Source: Candidatus Rifleibacteriota bacterium (lineage in GTDB: Bacteria; Vulcanimicrobiota; Xenobia; Xenobiales; Xenobiaceae). Taken from it: a stretch of 64,000 bases of DNA. Position numbers and translations under genes: made by a program. Below, in pieces: positions 37,615-46,712 of the stretch (position 1 is its first letter; every line of letters starts with the position of its first letter). The notes below the pieces were generated by a model. It was not told where the DNA came from and ran no database searches. It was given only the letters and a program-made list of their open reading frames with translations. Where the stretch lies: positions 62 through 64,061 of the forward strand of contig CAAGRW010000043.1 of NCBI GenBank assembly GCA_900772775.1, in the 5' to 3' direction.

Positions 37615-39540
37615 TCACATTTTGTGCAAGGAATAGAGCATAACTTTATATTCCTTAGTTTGAATTGCTGTAGCAAAGTATATCGGAGCGGATCCGTCAT
37701 TAGTTAGCAAGCGCCTAATTTTTGCTGGTTCGGTAGGAGTAAAGCCGAGGGGAGTTACGTCTATAACGTAATCGTAGCGATAATCTTGTCTATTATCCAT
37801 AATATCAATTAGTTTCTCAGCTTGTTCTGGATAGAAGGGCTTGAGGTTTAAAATATTGCGATATTGCTCCAGGCGTACTGTTTCCTTAGTGTGGAAATCT
37901 TCGTAGCTAACTAAAACAGGTACAACTGAGCCTCGGTGAAAATTGGCCCAAGTTTGCAAACCGATTTTAAAAGATTCAGCTGGATTGGCGTTTATAACAG
38001 TCTCGTGAATAAAAATAGCCGCCAGCTTGGGAGGACAATTGGCATTATAATAAGTTGGTGTGATCAATTTTTGGCCTAATTGCCAACCGCCGGAAAAAGG
38101 AAGAGTTGCCGTCGATGGATACATGGACAAACTTGTGCACATTGTTAAAGTGCCACATTGGGTGTTGCTATGGACTGTCTGTTGGTATTGCGGATTGAGT
38201 ATTGAATACATAATATTGCACCAAAACATTAGGCTAGCTAAAGCTAAGGCTAAAGCATAGCCATAAGGAATACGGCGGAAGAAAGCGGTATAAAAGCAGC
38301 AACCGAAGGCTACAGCCGGTAAAATATAGCGTACAGCCGGGCTGAGCATAACTATAGATATTAAGCTGGCCAGCAAACAGGAGATGAAAGTGAGGCGCTC
38401 TTCCAGAGTGCCTTGCTGGCGCCAGCAATAAAGGGCGCCTAACAGAGTAATTATTGTAACCGGTAAGCCAACGTAGCCTTCGGCTAAACCGTGAATATAT
38501 TGGTTTAAACTCAGAGTAGATAAATTATTGAAAGTTTGCCAGCCCAAGTGATGAGAGCGCCAAAACATGGTAGCGGCGTTGGCGGAAGCCCAAGGGAAAA
38601 AGAGCAAATAAAAACCGGCAAAGGCCAAGTTTAGATTGAGCATCAGGCGGCCAATTCCGTCACTAGCAGCTTTGTCTATTTCCGGCTTCCATAGATAATA
38701 AGCCTCCAAAGTTAAGCCAATAGCCCAAGCTACAGCACTACCAATTAAAATAATTTTATAGGTGGGAAAAAAACTGCTATAGTCGACGGTGCAAGGTGGC
38801 CACAGGTGGGTGCGGCAAGCTGCCACAATAGGAAAAAGTGAAGCGGCGCATATAGTTAAAACTGAAATAAAAACTTTGCTTTTGTAAGGCCAAAGTTGGG
38901 GAAGTTTTAAAATAAAAAGCAAAAATAGAGGCGGGGCAGCGAAAAAAACAGTAGTTGGTTTACCAAGACAGCCTAATCCTAGAGCCAAACCGAAGGCCAC
39001 GGCATAGTTAGTCTTTTGCATTAGGCTGGAATTGAAAAACAGGCATAAGCAAAGCGCTGTGAAGGCTGTTGAGGGATAATCAACCACATAGCTGTTCGAG
39101 CCCAAAGCCAAAAAAGGAGTAGAGGCGCAGATCGCAGCCGTGGCAGCGGCGGCCATTAAACCGTACTTGGGGCGCACTGTGTAATAAAGCGAGGCTACAA
39201 GTATGGGAAAGTAGAGCATTTGACTCATCATAGCTGACATCAGGCCGCGCCCTATGAAAAACGAACTTAAATAAGCTGACCAATACATGCCCGGAGGATA
39301 AGAACTGGGCCAAAAAAGAAAGGTCAGTATCTTTTCCATTAAGCTGGAGCAATTTTGTAAACGCAATTCCATGGCCGAAGCTTCCAAGAAATGGTGCGCG
39401 TAATCGGCATGAGGTGGATAAGCGTAATTTATTTGCCAAATCAAGTTGGCTTCTATCACGACGCCACTTATAAATGCGATAATCAATAAATCGGCCAGCC
39501 AGCCCCATTCCAAATTGTTGATTTTTTTCAAAAAGGCCAT
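37615..39540 (-). CDS. large polytopic membrane protein, GT-C-type glycosyltransferase-like (ArnT/PMT-like); the longer ORF runs to 39726
   Basis: About 12 or more TM helices and a C-terminal soluble domain. The ATG at 39540 is preferred because the upstream TTG at 39726 lacks an SD and would overlap the divergent lipoprotein gene by 41 bp. Confidence 0.4.
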   Translation of the reverse strand: MAFLKKINNLEWGWLADLLIIAFISGVVIEANLIWQINYAYPPHADYAHHFLEASAMELRLQNCSSLMEKILTFLFWPSSYPPGMYWSAYLSSFFIGRGLMSAMMSQMLYFPILVASLYYTVRPKYGLMAAAATAAICASTPFLALGSNSYVVDYPSTAFTALCLCLFFNSSLMQKTNYAVAFGLALGLGCLGKPTTVFFAAPPLFLLFILKLPQLWPYKSKVFISVLTICAASLFPIVAACRTHLWPPCTVDYSSFFPTYKIILIGSAVAWAIGLTLEAYYLWKPEIDKAASDGIGRLMLNLNLAFAGFYLLFFPWASANAATMFWRSHHLGWQTFNNLSTLSLNQYIHGLAEGYVGLPVTIITLLGALYCWRQQGTLEERLTFISCLLASLISIVMLSPAVRYILPAVAFGCCFYTAFFRRIPYGYALALALASLMFWCNIMYSILNPQYQQTVHSNTQCGTLTMCTSLSMYPSTATLPFSGGWQLGQKLITPTYYNANCPPKLAAIFIHETVINANPAESFKIGLQTWANFHRGSVVPVLVSYEDFHTKETVRLEQYRNILNLKPFYPEQAEKLIDIMDNRQDYRYDYVIDVTPLGFTPTEPAKIRRLLTNDGSAPIYFATAIQTKEYKVMLYSLHKM

Positions 39541-39685
39541 TTGTTCGTCTACTCCATGCCCACAATTGGGCAAAAGTTTGTCGCTTCGCTTTTCCTTATC
39601 CTTTTTTGTAAATGCAATAATGTAGCCGATTTTAGCTTGTTTGGCAGGTAACTTGTCAGTTTGGTGCTGAATGGGGACGCTAGCT

Positions 39686-40192
39686 ATGAAACGCCTCGGA
39701 ATTGTCTGTCTGCTTTTAATTATCAATTTATTGCTGCCCGGATGCCGTAAATACGATGTCGATCGTGATGTATTGCCGCCCGGTACTCCTTATACACGTG
39801 AAAATAACGCCGCTTCGCTGTGGCTTTATATATATTCGGATAGAATTGAAAAGCGTTTGGATGGCAAAATTGCAGACAACCAAGGGGTAATCTTTAATAT
39901 GGATTGCTATATTAAGGCTGTAAATTTAAGTTCCGAACGGTGCCTATTATGGATCGAAAATGACGATCCTAAAACTGAAGTTTTTTCTGGATTTGAACCT
40001 TTATCTGCTAGGAGCGATCTTGCGGAAAAAATTACTTTTATGTCCGGTGAAACGCGCACTTTACGTATACCCATGCAATCTTCTTTTACTATTGCTTTAC
40101 AAATTGGCGAAGTTGTCAAACGTGAGCGTTGGCATGTGAAACAAATAGGCGGCCAATGTTTGGATGATCACAAGCAAAAAAGTGTACCTTAA
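39686..40192 (+). CDS. hypothetical lipoprotein
   Basis: Signal peptide MKRLGIVCLLLIINLLLPGC with a Cys lipobox-like site. GGGGA lies 7 nt upstream of the ATG. Confidence 0.45.
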   Translation: MKRLGIVCLLLIINLLLPGCRKYDVDRDVLPPGTPYTRENNAASLWLYIYSDRIEKRLDGKIADNQGVIFNMDCYIKAVNLSSERCLLWIENDDPKTEVFSGFEPLSARSDLAEKITFMSGETRTLRIPMQSSFTIALQIGEVVKRERWHVKQIGGQCLDDHKQKSVP

Positions 40193-40246
40193 CAATTAAA
40201 GTGCGCTGTCAGTTACATTGGCTTTAATTATGCTTTCCGCGTTTGG

Positions 40247-40924
40247 TTAGCTTTGGCAATCATGTAAGCGCGGGTTGGTGCTAAGATCCATCACTAATGT
40301 ATACATATTTTTACCGTAAAAATTGAAGCGCTCCTCAATAGCAAAGCCCCAGTGGCCGAGCTGGCGCAAACTAGCTTCGTTGTCAGTTTCGGTGGTGATT
40401 TTTATATAACGGCAACCTGCGCTCAAGAAATGTTTAAAAAGCACTCTGTTGATGTGGCCGGCCGCTCTGGTGCCGCGCAAATTAGGCTTAAAAGAGCAAA
40501 AGAGTGATTCTGCTTTTATGGCTTCGATCCGTTGGGAAGGGGCGCTGCGCTTAAAATAAAAAGGTGTGCTTATAAGCGAGCCTATTAAGCGGGGGCAATG
40601 GGCCAACCCAGTCAAGGTAGGTAGAAGAAGTTGCCACCAATGTTGACGCCACAACCTGCTAAAGGTGCGCGGCACATCTAAACTGCCGGCCACAAAGCCT
40701 TGCACTTCTTTTCCCTCAGCATATACGTAAGCCACAAAGAGCGGATCTTGCAATAAACTTGTGTAGAGAGCTTGCAAAAAAGGCTTGCCCAATTGAGCCC
40801 ACAAGCTATGGCCCATAGCTCGATAGTGTTGCTCGGCCACTTGCTCAATATCAGTATTGCGCATCGGGCGTATGTGGCTCATCATCTCTTCATTTATAGG
40901 AAAAGGTGTGATGGTTGTTGTCAT
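40247..40924 (-). CDS. GNAT-family N-acetyltransferase (putative)
   Basis: Motif A-like segment LRGTRAAGHINRVLFKHFLSAGCRYIKITT. About 225 aa. Confidence 0.4.
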   Translation of the reverse strand: MTTTITPFPINEEMMSHIRPMRNTDIEQVAEQHYRAMGHSLWAQLGKPFLQALYTSLLQDPLFVAYVYAEGKEVQGFVAGSLDVPRTFSRLWRQHWWQLLLPTLTGLAHCPRLIGSLISTPFYFKRSAPSQRIEAIKAESLFCSFKPNLRGTRAAGHINRVLFKHFLSAGCRYIKITTETDNEASLRQLGHWGFAIEERFNFYGKNMYTLVMDLSTNPRLHDCQS

Positions 40925-40934
40925 GCCTAAGCTC

Positions 40935-41639
40935 TTATATGTTCACGACTTGGGCAAGCGCGGCCAGATAGGCGCCTAAATGGTTTTCGCGCAAGGAGGC
41001 CGCGCTTTCGGTAAGGAGGCGGCGCGAACTTAGGTAGGCTTGGCGGGGCATGGAGCCAAACTTGCGCATAAGGGCCTGGCCTTCAGAGTCGTCTTCATCA
41101 ATTAAGCGATCTGTCAAACCAAGATTGTAAGCAAGAGAAGCGTCCCAAGTTTCTTGGCCCAGAATTAAGCGTTTGGCCCAAGTTTGGCCGACCGTTTTGG
41201 GAAGTAGCCAACTGCTTAGGCCTGGAGGTACACCTTGAGAAGCATCGGCGCTGCCAAATTGAGCTTTAGAAGTTGCCCAGCGCCAGTCGCAGCTTAAAGC
41301 TAAACTTAATCCCCAACCCTGACATAAAGAGTGTATCCTGGCTATGGTAGGGCAGGGCAATTGCAATAGTAAAGCCAGATCTTTTTCCAATTTGGCGCAC
41401 CAAGAAAGTGAGCATTTAGGGGAAGTACGCAATTCCTCTAAGCTCCAGGCCTGCCAAAAATGGTGAGCGCCGCTGCACACGAGCAAGCAACCTGAAGGGG
41501 GATCGTCATCGAGGCGTTTGACGGCTTCATCGAAGTCTAAGACAAATTGTTCGGAGAGCTTGTCGCAATTAAGCTTGAGAATAGCGTTGTCTAAATTTGA
41601 TTCGGCATCCTTTTGGTAGAATAGCTCTACAGAAATCAT
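40935..41639 (-). CDS. enoyl-CoA hydratase/isomerase (crotonase) superfamily protein (putative)
   Basis: CQGWGLSLALSCDWRWA resembles the crotonase oxyanion-hole segment G.G.ELAL.CD.R.A. Confidence 0.4.
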   Translation of the reverse strand: MISVELFYQKDAESNLDNAILKLNCDKLSEQFVLDFDEAVKRLDDDPPSGCLLVCSGAHHFWQAWSLEELRTSPKCSLSWCAKLEKDLALLLQLPCPTIARIHSLCQGWGLSLALSCDWRWATSKAQFGSADASQGVPPGLSSWLLPKTVGQTWAKRLILGQETWDASLAYNLGLTDRLIDEDDSEGQALMRKFGSMPRQAYLSSRRLLTESAASLRENHLGAYLAALAQVVNI

Positions 41640-41853
41640 ATCTTTTAGGCTCTGAACAATAAAAATGAAGTGGCGCCTCGTTCTGCTCGGCGCTCTCTTC
41701 TTCCTTCCAATTCGGCTTTAACGAAGCAAAACAAGCATTTTTTTGCAGATTTGGGGGCGGTCTAAGCTTAAAAAGGATATTAGGGTGGCTGTTGGTGAAG
41801 TCAGCTGGCGACAGTATTGATAACCTTCGTTTTTTTATGGAGGGCTTTTTTTT

Positions 41854-43266
41854 ATGCCTTTAATTGCTGAAGGCGGCCAGGCGCGTCCCAAGCCGCTCGT
41901 AATACCTCAATATTGCAAAGGCTGCGGTCGTTGTGCAGCAGCTTGTCCTAAGCATTGCATCGCTCCTACTGGCGAAGTCAATCCAGAGACCGGTTATGTT
42001 CCGGTATCTATAGATTACAGTAAATGCATCAGTTGCGGCATTTGCTGTAGCTCTTGTCCTGAGCCTTACGCACTTCATTTTGATAATGTAAAGTATTTTT
42101 GGGAACTTCCCGCTAAAGAGCAGGCAAATGCCGAATGTGAAAAATTGCCTGTAGCCGAAAATGTGGCTGATAAGCGCATTCCTTTGCCCAATACCGAACC
42201 TCTCATGATTAAGGGCACTTACGCTTCAGCTATCGGTGCTCTTTTGGCTGGTTGCCGTCATTTCTTCGGCTATCCTATTACGCCCTCAACCGAAGGTGCC
42301 GAATTGATGGCCAAGATTTTGCCTCATATTCAAGGTGTTTTTATTCAAGCTGTCAGTGAAGTAGCCACCGTAAATTACATGTACGGTTGTGGTGGCGCTG
42401 GCCGTCCTTGTATGACTTTTACTTCTTCTCCGGGCTTTAGCCTTATGTTAGAAGGTATTTCTTACATGATTGGCGCTGAAGTGCCCGGTGTTATTGTTAA
42501 TGTTATGCGCGGCGGCCCCGGCTTAGGCAATATCGGCCCCGAACAATCCGACATAAAATTGGTTTGTCGCGGTTTGGGCCATGGCAATACTCATGCTTTG
42601 GCTTTAGCACCGGCCGATCCCCAAGAAATGCTAGATTTAACTATGGAAGCTTTCCGTTTAGCGTTTAAGTATCGCCAGCCGGTAATTATTTTAGGAGACG
42701 GCTATTTGGGGCAAGTGACTAGCAAAGTGAAGTTGCCGCAATATATGATTGAACCGGGCATTCCTGCTTGGGCAGCCGCTGGTGATCGTGAACACCGCGC
42801 CAATTTAATCACTTCCATCAGACTTACCGAAGCTGATTTAGAAAAGCTCAATCATCACCTTAATGATATTTATGCAGAAATTACCGAAAACGAGCAAAGA
42901 GCTGATTTATTTAAAACTGATGATTGTGAAGTGCTCTTTGTAGCTGCTAATACTCCGGCTCGCATGACCAAAGGCGCCATCCGTACTTTACGTGCTAAGG
43001 GCATCAAAGCCGGTTTGTTCCGCCCTATTAGTTTATGGCCTTTCCCTATAAAAGCTTTAACAAAGCTCTTGCGAGAAAAATCGATCCGTCGCCTTGTGGT
43101 TGTGGAAGCTTCTCATGGACAGTTAGAAGATGAAATGCGCTTAGCTTTGAGTCATGCTGGAGTATACGAACTTCCGCCTATAGCCCATGTGCAACATTCC
43201 GGTGGCATTTTGCCTCAAAGTGCCGAAATAGTTGAAGCTGTGCTGAAAATGGAGGTAGCGGAATGA
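41854..43266 (+). CDS. korA: 2-oxoacid:ferredoxin oxidoreductase, fused delta (2x[4Fe-4S] ferredoxin) + alpha subunit
   Basis: N-terminal CKGCGRCAAACP and CISCGICCSSCP motifs, then a KorA/PorA-like domain. Overlaps the beta gene by 4 bp. Confidence 0.75.
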   Translation: MPLIAEGGQARPKPLVIPQYCKGCGRCAAACPKHCIAPTGEVNPETGYVPVSIDYSKCISCGICCSSCPEPYALHFDNVKYFWELPAKEQANAECEKLPVAENVADKRIPLPNTEPLMIKGTYASAIGALLAGCRHFFGYPITPSTEGAELMAKILPHIQGVFIQAVSEVATVNYMYGCGGAGRPCMTFTSSPGFSLMLEGISYMIGAEVPGVIVNVMRGGPGLGNIGPEQSDIKLVCRGLGHGNTHALALAPADPQEMLDLTMEAFRLAFKYRQPVIILGDGYLGQVTSKVKLPQYMIEPGIPAWAAAGDREHRANLITSIRLTEADLEKLNHHLNDIYAEITENEQRADLFKTDDCEVLFVAANTPARMTKGAIRTLRAKGIKAGLFRPISLWPFPIKALTKLLREKSIRRLVVVEASHGQLEDEMRLALSHAGVYELPPIAHVQHSGGILPQSAEIVEAVLKMEVAE

Positions 43267-44702
43267 ACCACGTCTTTTATGAAACTTTCGAACGCCATGC
43301 TCACGGTGAAGGTGTAAAGGCTCACGCTACCCACTATTGCCCTGGTTGTGGTCACGGTTTAATCCACAAATATTTGTCTGAATCTATCGCCGAATTGGGC
43401 ATTCAGGATCGCACAGTAGCCATTTCTCCGGTAGGTTGCGGCGTGTTTTTGTATTACTACATGAATGTTGGCAACATCCAAGCTGCTCACGGCCGTGCTT
43501 CTGTGGTGGCCGCAGGTGTGAAAACTGCTCGTCCCGATTCAGTAGTAGTGGCTTATCAAGGCGATGGCGACTTAGCTTCTATCGGTTTAGCTGAAATTAT
43601 TTCTGCTGCTCAAATGGGCTTGCCTATAAGCATAATCTTTGTCAACAATAGCACTTATGGAATGACTGGCGGCCAAATGGCGCCCACCACTTTAATAGGC
43701 CAAAAAATGGCTACTTGTCCGGATGGACGTACTGTATCTATGGGCTTACCCATGAAAGTAGCGGAAATGATCGCCGGCCTAGATGGCCCGGTTTATGTAG
43801 AGCGCGTAGCTCTTTTCGATCATAAAAACCGAGTTAAGGCTAAAAAAGCTATCAAAAAAGCTTTGCAAGTACAAATAGACGGAATCGGTTTTTCCTTTAT
43901 TGAGGTTGTCTCCGAATGTCCGGTGCAAATGAAACTAGATCCGGTTAAGGCGTGCGAATGGGTGCGCGACAATATGATTCCGGTGTATCCTTTGGGAGTA
44001 AAGAAAGACATCACCGAAGAGAGACGAGAGCGCCCCCATATCAATTGTCCGCATTATGAAGCGGAAGGGCTGCTCAGAGAAATTGGCGCTGCTCACGAAG
44101 CTGTGCCAAAATTCGCTTCAGGGTTCCCCGTTCACCTCGATCAAGATGATATTGGCATAAAATTTGCTGGAGCAGGTGGAGATGGCGCCCAAACCGCTGC
44201 TTTGTTGCTAGCTCGCGCCGCTTTACAAGAAGGGTTTGACGCTACCCATATTCCCAGCTACGGTCCCGAGTCCAGAGGCGGCACTTCCTATGCCGATGTG
44301 CATGTCGCTCGCGAGGTACTTTCTCCAGCGGTGCCTAACCCCCAAATTTTGGTAGCTTTCAATGCTCCCAGTTTGGTCAAGTTTGCGCCTTCCGTGCAAC
44401 CTGGAGGCATTATTATTTATGATAGCGCTGTCATTTTTGAAGTGCCGCCGGTACCTGAAGGTGTCAAAGTCTATGGTTTGCCTTTTGCGGAAATCGCTCA
44501 AAATTTAGGCTCGCGCATTTTGAAAAATGTAGTCTGTTTGGGCGCTTTTTGTGCGGCTACTCGAATCTTCCCTGAAGCTACTTTCTTGGAAGCTTTGAAG
44601 CATGGCTTAAAGAAAAATGTCCAAATACAGGAAATTAACCGTCAAGCTTTTGCTGAAGGAGTTAAGGCTTTCCACTCTTTATACGCTAATATTCCCGCTT
44701 AA
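43263..44702 (+). CDS. korB: 2-oxoacid:ferredoxin oxidoreductase, fused beta (TPP-binding) + gamma subunit
   Basis: TPP-binding GDGD...NN region. The C-terminal ~180 aa (GAGGDGAQTAALLLARAA...) matches the POR gamma domain. Confidence 0.75.
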   Translation: MNHVFYETFERHAHGEGVKAHATHYCPGCGHGLIHKYLSESIAELGIQDRTVAISPVGCGVFLYYYMNVGNIQAAHGRASVVAAGVKTARPDSVVVAYQGDGDLASIGLAEIISAAQMGLPISIIFVNNSTYGMTGGQMAPTTLIGQKMATCPDGRTVSMGLPMKVAEMIAGLDGPVYVERVALFDHKNRVKAKKAIKKALQVQIDGIGFSFIEVVSECPVQMKLDPVKACEWVRDNMIPVYPLGVKKDITEERRERPHINCPHYEAEGLLREIGAAHEAVPKFASGFPVHLDQDDIGIKFAGAGGDGAQTAALLLARAALQEGFDATHIPSYGPESRGGTSYADVHVAREVLSPAVPNPQILVAFNAPSLVKFAPSVQPGGIIIYDSAVIFEVPPVPEGVKVYGLPFAEIAQNLGSRILKNVVCLGAFCAATRIFPEATFLEALKHGLKKNVQIQEINRQAFAEGVKAFHSLYANIPA

Positions 44703-44744
44703 GTTTAGGTTAGGCCCTTTGGGCCAAATAGTGCTCTAGGGTGG

Positions 44745-44782
44745 GCCAAAAAAATCCAGTTCTTATCGAGCTGGAATTTTTT
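44745..44782. terminator. bidirectional hairpin terminator after korB (A7-CCAG...CTGG-T7)
   Basis: aaaaaaatccagttcttatcgagctggaattttttt. Confidence 0.55.
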
Positions 44783-44870
44783 TATATGTTTAATGAAAGG
44801 TTTAATTGAGTGTAGAGCCAAACTTTTTATACGCTGATTGGTCGGCAAGAAAGTTTGAGGAGTTGTTACT

Positions 44871-46325
44871 ATGGATTCTGCTGCTGATAAAAAATCAAAG
44901 CCCCGTGCCAAATTGCCCTCTTGGATGATAGAAGAAGAGCCTGAAGTACAAGAGGAAGTGGTACTTTCACCCAAAGTGGCTGAGGCGGCCCCCTCTGTCG
45001 CTTCTGTGGAGAATGAAGATGTACTTTTGGGAGCTCCTAACGCTTCTTACGCTGCCGAATCTGATGATTTTTGCACGCCTTCGTCTCCTCTGGGAACTCT
45101 GAATGAAGTTGAGGTGCCGCCTGGTTTTACCTCGATAGCCGACCATGAAATAAAGGAAGCTCCCCTGAGCGCTGCTCCAAAGGCCTCTGAAGCAAAAGAG
45201 GCGACCGAGTCTACCAAAGAAGCTGCTAAAGAATCTGCTGTTCCGCAGAGCCAAGAAGAAACAAATGACGATCCCAAAGTGGCCAGAATCAAAGCTGATA
45301 TGGCCGAATTGGAGAAAGTTGTCAACAGTTTAGAATTTTTGTCTTATCTCAAACCTCGTTTAAACCGTATTCGCAAAAGCGGCTGTGAGGTCGGCGACTT
45401 AGTGGGGCTTTATCGTATGGCCTCTCAAGTTATGCTGGAAAATATGCAACGCCAGACAGAGATAATGAAGCGCAATAAAGCCGAGTACGAACGCCAAATG
45501 CGTCAGCTTCAAGAAGAGGTTCTTTTTGAGCAATCTAGTGCTCTAGTTACAGGTAAAGCTCCCACGAAAAAATCTTATGCTTCCCAGCGTTTGGCTGCTG
45601 CCGCCGAAGCGGCTGGTGTGTGTGTTAGCGCCGCAACTGGACAAAGCGCCCCAACTTCAGCTCCCGAACAGCCGAAGCCGACTTCTGAAGCTAAGCCTGA
45701 AGAAAACGCTCCGGATAATAACGCTATAGCTGCTTTGCGCCGACAAATGGAATATAAGGACAGCTTGTTGCTCAAAGCTCGCTTGGAAGCTGAAGATGCC
45801 GAAAAGCGTTGCGAAAAGATGGCTCAGGATGTCGCCAATATTAAGGCTCGTCTGGAAAAAGATCTTAAACTTAAGAGCCAGAAGGCCAAAGAAGCACTTT
45901 TTAATCGTTTGTTGCCGGTCATGGACAGCTTTGATGGCGCCTTGAAGTCGGCTTCTGATACGCAAGATTCGTCCAGTTTATTGGCTGGCTTAAAACAAAT
46001 TCACAGTCAATTGCTCGATTGCTGCCAAGCTGAAGGTTTAGAAGCTATAGAAACTGATGGCCGTCCCTTTGATCCCAACTTCCATGAAGCTATGGGCCAT
46101 GTAAAAACTAACGCTGTGCCCGAAGATTGTATCTATGATGAGTTGCGTCGCGGTTATATGCTTGATGGCAAGTTGTTGCGCGCTTCCATGGTACGTTTAG
46201 CTAGCCCAGATCCTGATGCTCCATCATCAACTGAAGTTGAAGCCAACTCTGCTTCGGTTGAAGCAGAACCTACCGAAGCCGAAGCAAAGCCTGCTGAATC
46301 TGAAGCTGAAGTTGAATCCAAGTAG
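44871..46325 (+). CDS. grpE: nucleotide exchange factor GrpE with a ~280-aa N-terminal extension (acidic/disordered plus coiled coil; contains an EVPPGF motif)
   Basis: C-terminal GrpE core LLPVMDSFDGAL...ETDGRPFDPNFHEAMGHV...RRGYMLDGKLLRASMV. It is followed by dnaK and dnaJ. Confidence 0.8.
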   Translation: MDSAADKKSKPRAKLPSWMIEEEPEVQEEVVLSPKVAEAAPSVASVENEDVLLGAPNASYAAESDDFCTPSSPLGTLNEVEVPPGFTSIADHEIKEAPLSAAPKASEAKEATESTKEAAKESAVPQSQEETNDDPKVARIKADMAELEKVVNSLEFLSYLKPRLNRIRKSGCEVGDLVGLYRMASQVMLENMQRQTEIMKRNKAEYERQMRQLQEEVLFEQSSALVTGKAPTKKSYASQRLAAAAEAAGVCVSAATGQSAPTSAPEQPKPTSEAKPEENAPDNNAIAALRRQMEYKDSLLLKARLEAEDAEKRCEKMAQDVANIKARLEKDLKLKSQKAKEALFNRLLPVMDSFDGALKSASDTQDSSSLLAGLKQIHSQLLDCCQAEGLEAIETDGRPFDPNFHEAMGHVKTNAVPEDCIYDELRRGYMLDGKLLRASMVRLASPDPDAPSSTEVEANSASVEAEPTEAEAKPAESEAEVESK

Positions 46326-46712
46326 GTAAAGTGCTTTTGCCTAGCTAGATTGTTAATAAAACATAACAATCTAGTCAATTTATCGTCAAAAGGCCAAGAT
46401 CTGGGCTATCTGGTTTAGAATGTGGCAAAGGTAAAAGCTAGGTTCTGTTGAACGGCAGGAGAGCTGTAGGCGTCGTGTTTTGTTCTTATAGGTGCGCGGC
46501 TGCAGCTTTCGGCGACAAATTTGAGTGGATGCGGATTGGAAGTTTCCCTTGCGGGAAGGCTCAAGTGTGGTATTGCTTTTGCAAAAGCAAAAAGCTTAGG
46601 CCTCCGTGGTTCGGAGTACGTTCACGCCGGAGAAATACATCAAAATTATAAAAAACTCTGCGTCTAAGCGCGGAGTTATTGTACGCTTGTATTCGGAGGT
46701 TCCGGAAAGAAT

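Noticed and set aside
44705-44974. 89-aa minus-strand ORF between korB and grpE
   Set aside because: It overlaps the terminator and the grpE start. It has no SD and a low-complexity product. It is more likely non-coding.
46448-46651. 67-aa ORF in the grpE-dnaK spacer
   Set aside because: It is Arg/Cys-rich, GC-driven and has no SD. The region is treated instead as a structured regulatory RNA or operator region.
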